Part shown: piece after piece, positions 21,016-32,883 of the stretch
How the letters are laid out: each line of letters begins with the position of its first letter
Numbering within the stretch: the stretch's first letter is position 1
From: an uncultured Planctomycetaceae bacterium
GTDB lineage: Bacteria; Planctomycetota; Planctomycetia; Planctomycetales; Planctomycetaceae
DNA: 64,000 nucleotides
Assembly (NCBI GenBank): GCA_963813715.1
Contig: CAWFAK010000016.1
Location: 416,001 to 480,000, forward strand
Reading direction: 5' to 3'
Translations under genes and position numbers: made by a program
The notes under the pieces: model-generated
What the model was told of the DNA's origin: nothing
The model's database searches: none
Seen by the model: the letters and a program-made list of their open reading frames with translations, nothing else

Positions 21016-21952
21016 CTAGTTCCGCAGGGCAAGCAAACCGCGGAGTTGCATCCAGTCGTGCAGCCGGGCCGGCCACGTTCCCAAGGCGAAGGCGATCTTG
21101 GGGTCCTTCGTGCCGAGACCCAGGCCGTGCCGGCCTTTTTCGTAAACGTGCATTTCGGCCGGGACGCCCGCTTTTCGCAGCGCGAGGAAGAACTCGATGC
21201 TGTTCTCGACAGGCACGGCATTGTCTTCGGCGGTGTGGAACAGAAATGTCGGCGGCGTTTGGGCCGTGACCTGAGTTTCGTTCGACAGGCTCTCCGCCAG
21301 GCCCTTTTCCGGGTTGGGGCCGAGCAAGTTCTTCTTCGATCCGCCGTGGCCGAACTTGTCCGACATGGTGATCACCGGATAGGCGAGGATCGCAAAATCG
21401 GGCCGGCAGCTCTGGTGGTCAATCGGGTCGGAGGCGTCCGGCTTGCCTGCGTCGAAGTGCGTGGCGGCCGTTGAGGCCAGGTGTCCGCCGGCCGAAAAGC
21501 CCATCACGCCGACACGGTGCGGATCGATGTGCCATTCGCCCGCTTTCTCCCGCACGATCCGCATGGCCCGCTGCACGTCCTGCAGGGGCGACGGGATGGT
21601 GATAGTCGGGAGCCAGCCGGTACTTGAGCACGAAACCGGCGACGCCGAAGGTGTTGAAGTATTCGGCCACGTCGTGACCTTCGTAGTCGATCGCCAGGTG
21701 TTGATAGCCGCCGCCCGGGCAGATGACCACGGCGCAGCCGTTGGCGATGGCGGGAGCGGGCAAATGCACGGTCAGCGTCGGCTTGTCTTTGTCGGCCGTG
21801 CCATGCGCTCCGGGAGCCCCCTCGGGCCAGAGCAGGATCACTGGTTTACCGGCCGCCGATTGGTCGGCCGCAGCGACGCAATTCACGAGAGTCAGGAATG
21901 CGGCCGCTGCAGCGATCCCGGCCGCACCAAAACGGCATCGTCGTCGAATCAT
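21016..21952 (-). CDS. Secreted alpha/beta hydrolase (acetyl xylan esterase-like; frameshift near 21590)
   Basis: Signal peptide, CPGGGY, GFSAGGH, RPDF, HTAED, GRHGLG. Confidence 0.9.
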
Positions 21953-21971
21953 GAGTGCTCTCTCCCGGAAG

Positions 21972-23141
21972 TCAGTAGACGTTTTCACGGAGCACGCTCA
22001 GTGGGTAGAACGTGTCGCGCCAGCGTACGCCCTGTCGCTTCAGCGTCAAGTAAGCCGACCGCCACATCGTATAAAGCAGCGCGAGAATCGCGACAGGCAA
22101 CCCGAGTGAAACAACAGCGGACGACCCGAGCATCCGCGCCGTGACGGCTGTCGCCGCGTGTAAAAACAGCACGCTCGCCAGCCAGCCGCTTCCCCGCAAG
22201 TCGGGCCAGATCAGAATGGCCGCGTACGGGAATAAGTTGAAGAGCACGACGACGAGCGAATACCCCACCAGCTTGACGAGCGAATACTCGAAGATGGCGA
22301 AGCCGTTCTTTTCCAGGCCGCGAATCACGCCGAAGAACGAGTCTTGCCATTGCACGCTCAGTCCGCCGCCCGCGTCGAGCGCGTCCTGCTTGAGGCCGCT
22401 GTGCTTGATGAGCTTGCCGAGCTTCACGTCGTCCAGCACGTCCAGGCGAATGGCCGCATGCCCGCCGCAGTGCTCGTAGGCCGAGCGTCGCACCAAATTG
22501 AACGCGCCCATCCCCAGGTACGACATGCGAAAGGGCGTCCGCACGAGCCAAGGCTGCGCCCCGATGCACAACAGCACGAAAAAGTACGCGTGCAGCACCT
22601 GCTCGAAGAAGCCGCTGCATTCGAGATGCGGCGCCAGCGTCAGGTGGTCGAGCGAGCCTCCTTCGCAGGCGGTTACCGCCTTGCGCAGGATGTCGGTGGC
22701 GAAGAAGACGTCGGCGTCAGTAAAGAGTAAGTAATCGCCGAGCGCGCGGGCGGCAGCCACGTGCATCGCGTGGCTCTTGCCCAGCCAGCCCTCGGGCAGC
22801 GCGTCGAGGTGGATCACGACAAGCCGCGGATCCTCGGCCGCCAGGCGGTCGAGGATCGCGCCCGTGGCGTCCCGCGAGCGGTCGTCGACGGCGATCAGCT
22901 CGAAGTTCGGGTAATCGAGGGCCAGCTTGGAGCGCATGGCGGCCTCGATCTTGGCCGCTTCGTCGCGGGCCGGCACGATAATCGAGACTTTGGGCCAGTC
23001 AACCGGCGGCTTGAGCGCGGCGACGACGGAATCGAGGGGCCGCCAGAGCAGGCTGATGAGCGACGGGGCCACACCCGCGACCCAAAAGACGAAGATTAGC
23101 CAGCCGACAACCAGGATCACGAGCGACATGGCGAGCATCAT
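21972..23141 (-). CDS. GT2 glycosyltransferase (HpnB/CrtQ-like)
   Basis: VSIIVPARDE, DDRSRD, LPEGWLGK, FTDAD, DDVKLG, C-terminal TMs. Confidence 0.88.
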   Translation of the reverse strand: MMLAMSLVILVVGWLIFVFWVAGVAPSLISLLWRPLDSVVAALKPPVDWPKVSIIVPARDEAAKIEAAMRSKLALDYPNFELIAVDDRSRDATGAILDRLAAEDPRLVVIHLDALPEGWLGKSHAMHVAAARALGDYLLFTDADVFFATDILRKAVTACEGGSLDHLTLAPHLECSGFFEQVLHAYFFVLLCIGAQPWLVRTPFRMSYLGMGAFNLVRRSAYEHCGGHAAIRLDVLDDVKLGKLIKHSGLKQDALDAGGGLSVQWQDSFFGVIRGLEKNGFAIFEYSLVKLVGYSLVVVLFNLFPYAAILIWPDLRGSGWLASVLFLHAATAVTARMLGSSAVVSLGLPVAILALLYTMWRSAYLTLKRQGVRWRDTFYPLSVLRENVY

Positions 23142-23203
23142 CGAGAGTCGATCGAGCGATTGTCAATCAGCGGCGCGGTTTGTTCCCCCCGCGGCCTGAG
23201 CTT

Positions 23204-24730
23204 TCATTCGTGCCGCAGCGCCCGGACCGGATCGATCATGGCGGCCCGCCGCGCCGGATAGACGGCGGCCAGCGTCGTCGTGACGACGGCGAAGCCCAGC
23301 ACCGTGAGCGAAAGCCAGGTGGGAAAGACAAAGAGGGCTTCCTTCAGCTCGATCTTGATGTCGCGGTTCACCATGTCGCGAACCCAGGCGTCGCCGGGGT
23401 AGGCGCTGCCCATCGCCATCAAGAGGCCCACTGCTCCGCCAACCAGGCCGATCAAGGCGCCTTCCACGACGAACACCATCTGCAACTGGCCGTTGCTGGC
23501 GCCGACCGCCTTCATGATGCCGATCTCCCGCATCCGCTCGAGCACGCTCATCAGCATGGTGTTGGCGATGCCCATCGCCGCCACCACCAGTGCCACAGCC
23601 GCGATGCAGGTCATGCAGGCAAAGATCAAGAGGTACATCAGCCGCTCGTGCTTGATTCCTTCCATGAAGGCAAAGGCGGGCAGCCCCAGTTGGTGAATTT
23701 CGGCGAGCACCGGCTCGACACTGGTATCGCGATCGACCAGCACGTTGGCCATCTCGACGCCCCGCATGTGCGAGCTGCCGGTCGTGAATAAGTCGGTGGC
23801 CGTGCCGTAGGGGAGCACAAGGTCCCCCTCGGCCCGCATCGGATCCCAGGCGCGATCCTCTTCGGCGCTCTGTCCCCGCGTCACGCCGACGACGGTGAAC
23901 TCGCGGACCATGGCGGGCGGGGCCTTGCGGGCCGACCCGGCAAAGGCCTTTTGCAGAATCTGCAGTTGGACGGGCGTCAGGTGCAGGTGCTCGAGCACGG
24001 AGGGCAGCTCCTGTCGCAGCTTGTCTATGGCGGCACTTTCGTCGTGGCTGGGATCGTCGCCGTCCGACTTGAAGAGCGCCATCGCCAGGCCGGCCCCCTC
24101 TCGCTGGGGCCGGAATTCGAGCTTGATCGTCTTGCCGACGACGCTGTTGAGCTCCGCGTCGTCCACGATGCCCAGGCGATAGAGCAGAAATTCCGAGACG
24201 ACGACGGCCTGTTCGTTCGGCGACTCGAAATACCGCCCGGCGATCAGGTGCTCGTGACCCGACCGATCGTCGATCCGCGCTGCGCCGATGCCCGTCGCAA
24301 CGGACTTCTTCCCCAAAATCGCGTAACAGTTTTGCCAGGTCTGCGGCACCACCGCCTCGACGTGCGGCAAATGGGCCAGCTGGTCGAGGCGTTCGCGGGT
24401 GAGCGGAACGGGCGGAGCCGACATATTGCGTTGACGGCCGGCGATCGCCTCGCGGATCCGCGCGCGGCGGGCGTCGGCCATCTGGCCTTTGACGTCGATC
24501 TTCTTGGCGTCGGCCTTGGGGTCGCCCCATTGCGGCTGGATGCGGATCTCGCGAAGGACGTCGCTTTTGTGGGTCTCGCGCTCGAAGGTGTCCTGCACCC
24601 CCTGGCCGATCGACAGGCTCGCCGCCAGCACGAAGCTGCCGAAGACGACACCCAAAGTCGTCAGCAGCGTCCGCAACTTTTGCTGCCACATGGCCGCCAG
24701 CGGTAACGCCAACAAGTCGCCGAAACGCAC
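23204..24730 (-). CDS. ABC transporter permease (MacB/FtsX type)
   Basis: RTLLTTLGVVFG, GIANTMLMSVLERMREIGIMKAVGA, YPARRAAMIDPVRALRHE. Confidence 0.92.
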   Translation of the reverse strand: MRFGDLLALPLAAMWQQKLRTLLTTLGVVFGSFVLAASLSIGQGVQDTFERETHKSDVLREIRIQPQWGDPKADAKKIDVKGQMADARRARIREAIAGRQRNMSAPPVPLTRERLDQLAHLPHVEAVVPQTWQNCYAILGKKSVATGIGAARIDDRSGHEHLIAGRYFESPNEQAVVVSEFLLYRLGIVDDAELNSVVGKTIKLEFRPQREGAGLAMALFKSDGDDPSHDESAAIDKLRQELPSVLEHLHLTPVQLQILQKAFAGSARKAPPAMVREFTVVGVTRGQSAEEDRAWDPMRAEGDLVLPYGTATDLFTTGSSHMRGVEMANVLVDRDTSVEPVLAEIHQLGLPAFAFMEGIKHERLMYLLIFACMTCIAAVALVVAAMGIANTMLMSVLERMREIGIMKAVGASNGQLQMVFVVEGALIGLVGGAVGLLMAMGSAYPGDAWVRDMVNRDIKIELKEALFVFPTWLSLTVLGFAVVTTTLAAVYPARRAAMIDPVRALRHE

Positions 24731-24752
24731 GGCTGCCCCTCGATCGAACGAT

Positions 24753-25430
24753 TCAGGATACCACTTGCCCGTCCTTGAGCCGCACGACGCGATCGGTGCA
24801 CGCGCGGGCCAGGTCTTCGTCGTGGGTGACGAGCACCAGCGTCGCTGCACTCTTGGCCAGGTGATCAGTGATCAGCGCCATCACTTCGCGGGCCGTCGCA
24901 CTGTCCAGATTGCCGGTCGGTTCGTCGGCCAGGAGCACCTCGGGCCGATTGACGAGCGCCCGGGCAATGGCCACCCGCTGGTTTTCGCCGCCGCTCAGTT
25001 GCGAAGGCCGATGTTCGAGACGTTCCCCCAGCCCCACTGCTTCCAGGGCACGCCGCGCCTCGGCTCGCCGCTGCGTCCGCGACAGGCCGGCGAAGATCAT
25101 CGGCAACTCGACGTTCTGCGCAGCGGTTCGCGAGGGCACCAGGTTAAACGACTGAAAAATCATGCCCCCCGCCGCCGAGCGGAAACGGGCCAGTCCGCGG
25201 CTCGACAGGCGATTGAGTTCGCGGCCGGCGACTTCCAGTCCCCCGTCCGTCGGCCGGTCGACTCCGCCGAGCAAGTTAAGCAGCGTCGATTTGCCCGAGC
25301 CTGATTTGCCCAGCAGGGCCACTCGTTCGCCGCGCTCGATCTCGAGCGAGACGCCCTTGAGCGCATAAACGGCGGCGTGGGCCTTGCCGTAGGCCTTCGT
25401 CAAGTCGACGGCGCGAACCGCCAGCGTGGA
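24753..25430 (-). CDS. ABC transporter ATP-binding protein (LolD/MacB-like; start uncertain)
   Basis: GKSGSGKST, LSGGENQRVAIARAL, LADEPTGNLD, VTHD. Confidence 0.92.
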   Translation of the reverse strand, partial: STLAVRAVDLTKAYGKAHAAVYALKGVSLEIERGERVALLGKSGSGKSTLLNLLGGVDRPTDGGLEVAGRELNRLSSRGLARFRSAAGGMIFQSFNLVPSRTAAQNVELPMIFAGLSRTQRRAEARRALEAVGLGERLEHRPSQLSGGENQRVAIARALVNRPEVLLADEPTGNLDSATAREVMALITDHLAKSAATLVLVTHDEDLARACTDRVVRLKDGQVVS

Positions 25431-25648
25431 GGAACGTGCGGAAGGAGGAGGTCCGAACAGAGGTCAGCCCTTGGAGTCAATTCGGTCATGTGCCCTGCGG
25501 AATTCGGCGCCGCGGGCGGCGGCCGCGGCGCCGACGACCGCGCGCCGCGAAATGCCACTCAGGACGGCGATCGGTGCTAAATTTGTCTTTCCCAAGATTC
25601 GCCGACGCGCGGCGATTTCGCAAGTCGCTCGCCGGCGCCGACTCGGCG

Positions 25649-26386
25649 TCAGTCGACCAGCATGGGGCGGCCGATTGCAATGGGCGCGGTGTGTGGCTGG
25701 CCGACCGGAGATTTCCAGCGATAAGCGACGGGCCGGCCTTGCCCATCCACATCGAACCAAAGCGTTCCTTGCCCGATGCCGGAGCGGCCGGTGTTCGTGC
25801 GAACATCTTCCGCGTGGCCGTGCAGAGTCGAATCGAAGATCCGCACGCGAAAACGCCCGGCCGATGCGGGGATCGGCCTCTCCGCGATCAGCATCACGTG
25901 GCCCGTGTTGTCGCCCGGCACGCGGTCGGCCTTCACCCAGGCGATGACGTCGCCAGGCTGCGCGTCGGCGAGCCTCGCGATTGGTTGCCAGCCGCCAGCC
26001 GGCGCTCCGGACCGGGGCACGAACGCGGCGTAGAAGTCGTCAGCCAACGGTCGCTTGCGGGTCGTATGGATCGCGGCGAGCAGCTTGGGCGCTTTGCGCC
26101 TCAGGATCGAGACGATGAATCCCGAGCAATCGACTTCGCAGACGCCTTGGGCTTTGTCGATGTGCGTTTTGTGGCTGTACCGCGTGTTCGGATAACTCGC
26201 GATCATCTGCCGAGCTTCCACGGTCAAAACGTCCGGCAGCGACGCAATCGGAGCACTCGGAGCGGCGGTCTCGTCCGTTCGCTGTGCCCACGCGGTGTTC
26301 GCCGACGCGATCGTGAGTAGGACGGCGGGCGTGAGCATGAAGGCGGTCATCCAACCGAGTGCGATCATTTTCATCGGCATCAGCAC
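25649..26386 (-). CDS. Secreted NlpC/P60-like papain-fold protein
   Basis: Signal peptide (AWA), DCSGF, QPGDVIAW, TGHVM. Confidence 0.65.
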   Translation of the reverse strand: MLMPMKMIALGWMTAFMLTPAVLLTIASANTAWAQRTDETAAPSAPIASLPDVLTVEARQMIASYPNTRYSHKTHIDKAQGVCEVDCSGFIVSILRRKAPKLLAAIHTTRKRPLADDFYAAFVPRSGAPAGGWQPIARLADAQPGDVIAWVKADRVPGDNTGHVMLIAERPIPASAGRFRVRIFDSTLHGHAEDVRTNTGRSGIGQGTLWFDVDGQGRPVAYRWKSPVGQPHTAPIAIGRPMLVD

Positions 26387-26415
26387 CGCGTCTGCGGGAT
26401 TCGAAGAGTGCGCTG

Positions 26416-27234
26416 TCAGTCCAGTAGTGAGTTCAGCTCGCCCATCGGCACGGACTGGTCGGTGAAGCGAAAGGTGCCTTCGTCGCGCATCTCCCGGGCT
26501 GCCCGCAGCACCGCGCTCATGGCCGCGCGAGTCAGGGCGCTGCCGACGCTGACGCGTTTGACGCCGATCGTCGAGAGCTGGGCCACGCTCAGGTTAATTC
26601 CGGCAAGTCCCATCAGCACGTTGACGGGGCGGTTGACCGAGCGGACGACGGTGACGATTTCCTCGGCTGTTTTCAGCCCCGGCACGTAGAGCACATCGGC
26701 CCCCGCCTCCTGATACGACTGCAGGCGGCGAATGGTGTCGGCCAGATCCGGGCGTTGATGCATGTAATTCTCGCAGCGGGCCGTCAGCACGAACGGAAAG
26801 GGCAACTTCTTCGCTGTCTCGGCGGCTGCTCGCACGCGCTCGGCGGCGAGGAAGGCATCGTGGATCGGGCTTTCCGGGTTACCGGTCGAATCTTCGACCG
26901 AACCACCGGCCAGCCCTGTTTCGGCCGCCAGGCGGATGGTCTCCGCCACGACCGTAGGATCGTCGCCAAAGCAGTTCTCCAAGTCGGCGCTCACCGGCAG
27001 CGACGTTGCGGCGACGATCGACCGGCAGTGCTCGAGCACGCGGTCGCGTCCCAGCTCGTAATCCCGAAACCCCTGCGAGACGGCATAGCCCAGACTCGTC
27101 GTCGCCAGCGCCTCGAAGCCGAGCCGCTCGAGCAGCCGGGTGGTGCCGACGTCCCAGGGGTTGGGAATCACGAAGGCGCCGGCCCGCTCGTGCAGCTTGC
27201 GGAAGGCCTGGGCTTTCTCGAATTGCGTCGGCAT
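26416..27234 (-). CDS. Isocitrate lyase / PEP mutase family protein
   Basis: PNPWDVG, ALATTS, PVSADLE, SVED, AGADVLY, RVSVGS. Confidence 0.92.
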   Translation of the reverse strand: MPTQFEKAQAFRKLHERAGAFVIPNPWDVGTTRLLERLGFEALATTSLGYAVSQGFRDYELGRDRVLEHCRSIVAATSLPVSADLENCFGDDPTVVAETIRLAAETGLAGGSVEDSTGNPESPIHDAFLAAERVRAAAETAKKLPFPFVLTARCENYMHQRPDLADTIRRLQSYQEAGADVLYVPGLKTAEEIVTVVRSVNRPVNVLMGLAGINLSVAQLSTIGVKRVSVGSALTRAAMSAVLRAAREMRDEGTFRFTDQSVPMGELNSLLD

Positions 27235-27270
27235 GAGCGGGAAACCTCGTTGAGGAAGTGTAGGATGAAA

Positions 27271-28911
27271 CTAGCGGCGGAAGGCCATGTCGGGCTCTTC
27301 GCGCGTGAGGAACTCGAGCACCGCCGGACGACCCTCGCGCGTGACGGCGATGCCCCGACGAATCGCCGGACGGACGTCGGCCGGGCGCTCGATCCGTTCG
27401 GCGAACGCCCCCAGGCTGCGGGCGACTTCGGCATAATTTCCGGACGTGAACTTCGTGCGATACTTGGCCGTCGCGACGGGGATATATTTTTCGTAATTGC
27501 CCATCGCCGAATTGTTGAGCACCAGCGTGAGGATGGGGATCTGTTCGCGGACGGCCGTCTCGATGTCCATCCCGACCATGCCGATGGCCGTATCCCCCAT
27601 GAAGTTCGCAACCAGCTTGTCGGGGCAGGCGAGCTTGGCACCCATGGCGCAGCCGAGCGAAAAGCCAAGTTGCGTCGAGTGGCCCCAGCCGATATAGCCG
27701 CGGGGCACAATTGATTCGTACAAGGGCAGCAACTGGTCGCGCGGATTTCCCGAATCGTGGGTGACGATCGTCTGCCGGCGGTCGACGATGTTTATGAACT
27801 CTCCGATCACGCGGTAAGGGTTAATGGGCGTTTCGTCGGAGGCCAGCTTGGGAGCCCAGCGGGCTTTCCAACGCTCGTGCTCGCTGCGGAGCTGGGCCTC
27901 AACCGCCGAGCGCTCGCCGCGGCCGCTGGTGCCATGCTGCGATTTGAGTTCTTCGAGCAGGGCACTCAGCACGAGGGCCGCGTCGCCCAGCAGGGGCACG
28001 TCGGCGACGTAATCCTTGTTGAGATCGCGCGGGTCGAGCGTGGCGTGCACGATCCGTTTACCGCTTGGAATCTCGGGAGCAAAGACCGTTCGCGTGAGGC
28101 TCGCTCCGACGGCGAAGACCGTGTCACACCGCTCGAGCGCATCACGGACCATGTCGGTCGCGCTCATGCCGCCCGAGCCGAGCGAGAGGGGATGACTTTC
28201 GTCGAAAGCGCTTTTGCCCAGGAGCGTCGTCATCACGGGAGCCGCCAGATACTCGGCGACGGCGGTCAGTTCGGCCGTCGCGCCGGCGTAGAGCACGCCT
28301 TGCCCCGCCCAGATCATCGGCCGTTGTGCCTGGAGCAAGAGCCGGGCCGCGTCGCGAATGGCAAGCGGATCGGGGCCGACACGGGTCGGCACGACGGGGC
28401 GATAATCCCACGGTTCGGGGACCGTTTCGCGGGCGACGTCGACGGGCACCTCGAGCAACACGGGCCCCGGTCGTCCCGAGCGCAACAGGGTGAACGCCCG
28501 CCGGAGCCGATTGGAGATCGTGGCGGCCGACGGAATCAGGTCGGCCCACTTGGTTGTGGCCGCGTAGTTCGGCACGGCATCGAAGGTCGGCGGGGTGCGG
28601 ACGAGCTCGCGTCCCGGGTGGCCGGGAAGAAACAACAGCGGGCTCGAATCGGTGAACGCTTGCGAAATCCCGGAAAAGGCATTTTCCGCGCCCGCATTCT
28701 GCTGCACCGTGACGACGCCGATGCGCTTGCCCAGCGTGGCCCGCGAGAACCCGTCGGCCATGTTCTCGGCGACGCGTTCCTGCCGGGCGACGATCGGACG
28801 AATGCCGGCTTCGGCGATTGCGTCGAGGATCGGCGTGAAGGGGAAGCAAAAAACTTGCTCGACCCCTTCGCGCTTGAGAATCTCCGCGATCGCCTGGCTG
28901 CCCTGCATCAA
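27271..28911 (-). CDS. Thiamine pyrophosphate-requiring enzyme (ALS-like)
   Basis: RQERVA..MADG, SGRPGPV, GDTAIGM..LNNSAMG. Confidence 0.9.
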   Translation of the reverse strand: MMQGSQAIAEILKREGVEQVFCFPFTPILDAIAEAGIRPIVARQERVAENMADGFSRATLGKRIGVVTVQQNAGAENAFSGISQAFTDSSPLLFLPGHPGRELVRTPPTFDAVPNYAATTKWADLIPSAATISNRLRRAFTLLRSGRPGPVLLEVPVDVARETVPEPWDYRPVVPTRVGPDPLAIRDAARLLLQAQRPMIWAGQGVLYAGATAELTAVAEYLAAPVMTTLLGKSAFDESHPLSLGSGGMSATDMVRDALERCDTVFAVGASLTRTVFAPEIPSGKRIVHATLDPRDLNKDYVADVPLLGDAALVLSALLEELKSQHGTSGRGERSAVEAQLRSEHERWKARWAPKLASDETPINPYRVIGEFINIVDRRQTIVTHDSGNPRDQLLPLYESIVPRGYIGWGHSTQLGFSLGCAMGAKLACPDKLVANFMGDTAIGMVGMDIETAVREQIPILTLVLNNSAMGNYEKYIPVATAKYRTKFTSGNYAEVARSLGAFAERIERPADVRPAIRRGIAVTREGRPAVLEFLTREEPDMAFRR

Positions 28912-29205
28912 AATCCGCGCTGAGGCCCTTATCTGCCGTTATATGTTGTGTGCCGCCGCGCCTCAGGATCAGTCAGCCCCTCGGTTGTCGGCGCGGAGGG
29001 TAATCGCGGATTGTAATCGCGACCAGGGGCTCCGGCGAGAACGTGACCACCGACGCGCAAGTTGGCGCAACGGAACGCCCGCGATTTGGCCGCCGGGCAG
29101 CCATCGCCGGTCCCGGCGCCAGCAATTACGATGTGCGGGGAATAAGTCGGCCGCAGAACGCGTCCAATTCTGGCGGCGATCGGACGAATAACGCCACGAC
29201 GGCGT

Positions 29206-32200
29206 ATGATGGAGACAATGGCGGACCCGATTTCAGTCACCGAGCCGGCTGCCACGGTCGAGACGGCCACGTCGGCTCTGGCGTCGGTCGAACGCGCCAT
29301 TCGCGACGCGGATCCGAGCGCGTTTCCTGTCGCATCGCGGATCGTCCGCCGAGTGATCCTGAACGACGTCGATCTCCCCACGCTGATCGGCCGTTTACCC
29401 CATCGCAAGAGCTTCGTCACGTCGGGCGAGCGGCGCAATCGGTCGTGCTGAATGACGAGTTGGGGCTCGAGTCCAACTCGGCCCTGCCGGAGACGGTGAT
29501 CCTGTTGGCGCGGCCGGACGAGCACGAGCTCGAGTCGATGAGCGCCAACGCGCTCCGCGAGTATTACCGGCGGCTGCATTTTCATGCGCGCGTCCACGTC
29601 GCCCTCGACCGGCGGCGGGCCCAGGGCGCGTTGACCGAACTGATCGTGGCCGAGCGTCTGGAAGAGATCGGCTCGTCGGTCTTCGACGAAATTCGGTCCG
29701 TCCTCGAGCAAGAGGCGTTTTTGCTGCCGCCGGTCTCGACAGTTTCGGTCTATATCGAATTCGCGGCTGTGTTCCTGGAGTTGCGATATTCTGCGCCCGA
29801 CGTTGTGGCCGCCTACTTTCCTTCGATCGACGACTTCGATCGGATCGAACGGCTGCTGACCCGGGACGTCGATCTCGACAGTGTGCTGGCGTTTACCGGC
29901 GCGCTCGTCCGCACGCGTCCGCTTGAAACCGGTGAGCTGCACCGCGGCCCGCGCAAGATGCGGAACCGCTCGATTGCCGCCGCACCGTCGGACGAGCGGC
30001 GCTTCGGACGACATTCGCGCGTCGCCGCTCAGGCTGCCCGGCGAGGCAACGACGTCCGCGCGGGCATCGTGCACACGCGGGCTTCGTGGACCGAGAATGC
30101 CGAGCGCGCCGCCCGCGCCGGGCGCTCGCGGCTGCGGACGTGCAGCGGCTCACCAAAAGGCTGCACAAAGCTCTGGGCTTCTCGGAGCACTCGGCGGCGG
30201 TTTGGCAGGAGCTGTTGGCGGTCCTTTTGCGCGGTCTGCGCAAGGGTTCTGGAATCCCGCGGGTCGGATGCTTTACGACCTGCAAAGAGTCTGTCTCGAC
30301 TTCGAACGCGACAGTTACGTCGTCGACTTGCTCTCCTGGCTGCTGTCATTCGGCAAGCGGCCTCTGAAGCGGCCGCTGCGCGCAGGCGCGAAGCTTTGAT
30401 GTCGAAGCACTTGAAGACCGCGGAGGCCCGGATCGCCAAGGTTTTGATTTCGGAGGGCGAGCGCGAGCAGCTCGGCAGGCTGTTGCACGAGGCCAACAAT
30501 TGTGCCGAAATGCGCCTGCGCGATCGGCTGCGGCCCGTGCTGCAGGAGACTCTGATCGAAGTCGGCTTCTTGCCGCAAAACGTGCCCGAGCGGGTCTCGT
30601 TCCGCAAGATCGTCGAGGAGCTGCTCGATCACGTCGTCGAGACCGGCTATTTCTCGATGGGCGAAATCCGCGACGCGATCGCTCGCAACAACCTCAAACT
30701 GGACGACGTGGCCGACCCGCTGGAGCTGGTGGCCGGCGACCGCTTGTTGCGGGCCGACCGTCGCCTGGCCAGTCGTCTCGAGGGCGTCTACCAGCGCGGG
30801 GCGATCTACCTGCGGCTCTTGCAGGGGCTCAGCTCGTGCGCGTTCGGCACGAACACCGGGCGGTTTCTCACGTTGGCCGCCGTGATTCCCTTCGGTGGCG
30901 CGTTCGTGGTCCTCTCATTCTTCGATCACATGCACGAGGAGATCCACCGGCTCCGGATCTGGTGGTCAGGAGGCAACTCGTCCCATGCGGAGCCGCTCGG
31001 TTTGACGCACCCCCTCTTCACGATCCCGCTGGGTCTCGTGATCTTCGGACTGATTCACAGCCCCCAGTTTCGGGGCATGGTCTGGCGGCTGCTGCGGGCA
31101 ATGGGACGCGGGTTGCGGACGTTGGTTGTCGACATCCCGGCCTGGCTGATGGAAGTGACTTTCGTCAAGCGCCTGCTGGCGAGTGTGCCCGTCGTCTTTT
31201 TCCGCCGGCGGCTGTTGATGTCGACCATCTTGACGGGCGTTTTTTGCGGTTTGATCCCCGCCGTCCACTGGTATCGCCATCCCACGCCCGCCATGACCGG
31301 ACTGGTCTTCCTGGGGCTGGCCGCGCTCCTCAATTCGCGGATTGGAAGGGATATCGAGGAACTGTCGGCCGAACGGCTGCAGTTGATCTGGCACCGAGTG
31401 CGGGTGCGGGTTTTCGTCGCGCTGTTCGACCTGGTGATGGATTTTTTCAAGAGCGTGCTCGAGTGGCTGGAACGGATTCTTTACGAAATCCAGGAGTGGT
31501 TTTACTTCAAGAGCAACGAGACGCGGGCCATGCTCTGGACAAAGGCCGTGCTCGGCGTGCCGTGGGCCGTCGCTCGATTCTTCATTGCGTTTTTTGTGAC
31601 TGTGCTGATCGAGCCGCAGATCAACCCGATCAAGCACTTTCCCGTCGTGACGGTGTCGCACAAGGTTCTGTTGCCAATGCAGCCGCTTTTGGCCCAGCAG
31701 CTCGTGCCGATCTTCGGCGCCGTGCTGGCCAACACCGTCGCCGGCATGACCGTGCTCATGATGCCGGGTGTTGTCGGCTTTCTGGTTTGGGAACTTCGCG
31801 GCAACTGGAGGTTGTACGCCGTCAACCGGCGCCGCGACCTGCGGCCCGTGGTGGTCGGCAGCCACGGTGAGACGATGGTGCGGCTGATGAAATTCGGCAT
31901 CCACTCGGGCACGCTGCCTCGGCTTTATCGCAAGGTTCGCCGCGCTGCCCGTCGCAGCGATCCGTCACGTCGCGTCCGCCAGTTGATGGGCTCCTACGCC
32001 AAGCTGCATCACGTCGAGTTGAGCGTTCGCCATTTCTTCGAGCGGGAGTTTTTGGGTTTCCTCGCGGAGTCGTCCGCGTTTGCGGGGATCGCGCTGGAAG
32101 TCGGCGAGACTGACGTCGGCACCAACAGTCTGCGGGCGGAAATCCGCGCGCCGCAGCTCGGCGACGAGTCGCTCTGGATCGCGTTCGAGGAGCAGTCGGG

Positions 32201-32653
32201 CTACGTGATGGCCCACGTGAGCAAGGCGGGCTGGCTCGAGCGGCTGAACCCGGCCCAATTGGCGACCTTGCGCGGACTGTTGATCGGCATCTATCGCGTC
32301 GGCGGCACCGACCTCGTCGACGAACAGATCCTGGCCTGTCTCGGTTCGCAGGCGCGGCCGTTCGACGTCACCGAAGAGGGCCTCGTTTTGCTGCCGCGCG
32401 CGGTCGCTTGGGATCCACGCTTTACGATTTGGAAGAGACGCCCCGCATCATCCCGCGAATGCCGGACGGGACGCAGATCGATGCCGACGCGGCCCATGCC
32501 GCCTCGGTCGACGCCGAAGCGCTCGTGTTCAGCCGCACGCTGACCCGCTGGTCCGACTGGGTGTCTGCCTGGACCGTCGAAGAGTCTGGCCTGCCCTTCC
32601 CGCAGATTTTGCCGGACAAAGCTCACCCCGAGTCGTTCGCGCGGCCCGCATGA
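29206..32653 (+). CDS. Large conserved hypothetical multi-pass membrane protein (several frameshifts)
   Basis: Long ORF with TM helices and motif EPQINPIKHFPVVTVSHK; pieces 29206, 29043 and 32408 appear to join. Confidence 0.7.
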
Positions 32654-32883
32654 TGCGGCTCCCCACGGGGCTTTAGGCAAGCGGCACAGGCGGGCCGAAC
32701 TGGCCATTGCTGTCTGCAGATTTGCCGCAGCCATTTGTGCACCGACGCTCCCGATCTTGCCGATAGTACCGAAGGAATCGGTTCTGCCGACTACGCGCAC
32801 TCTCCGGCAAGACCGAGCAGAAGAGTTTCGGCGGGCCAAATCGCAGGCGGCAAACCAGTCCGTCGCGATATCGAGAAAGGCGG

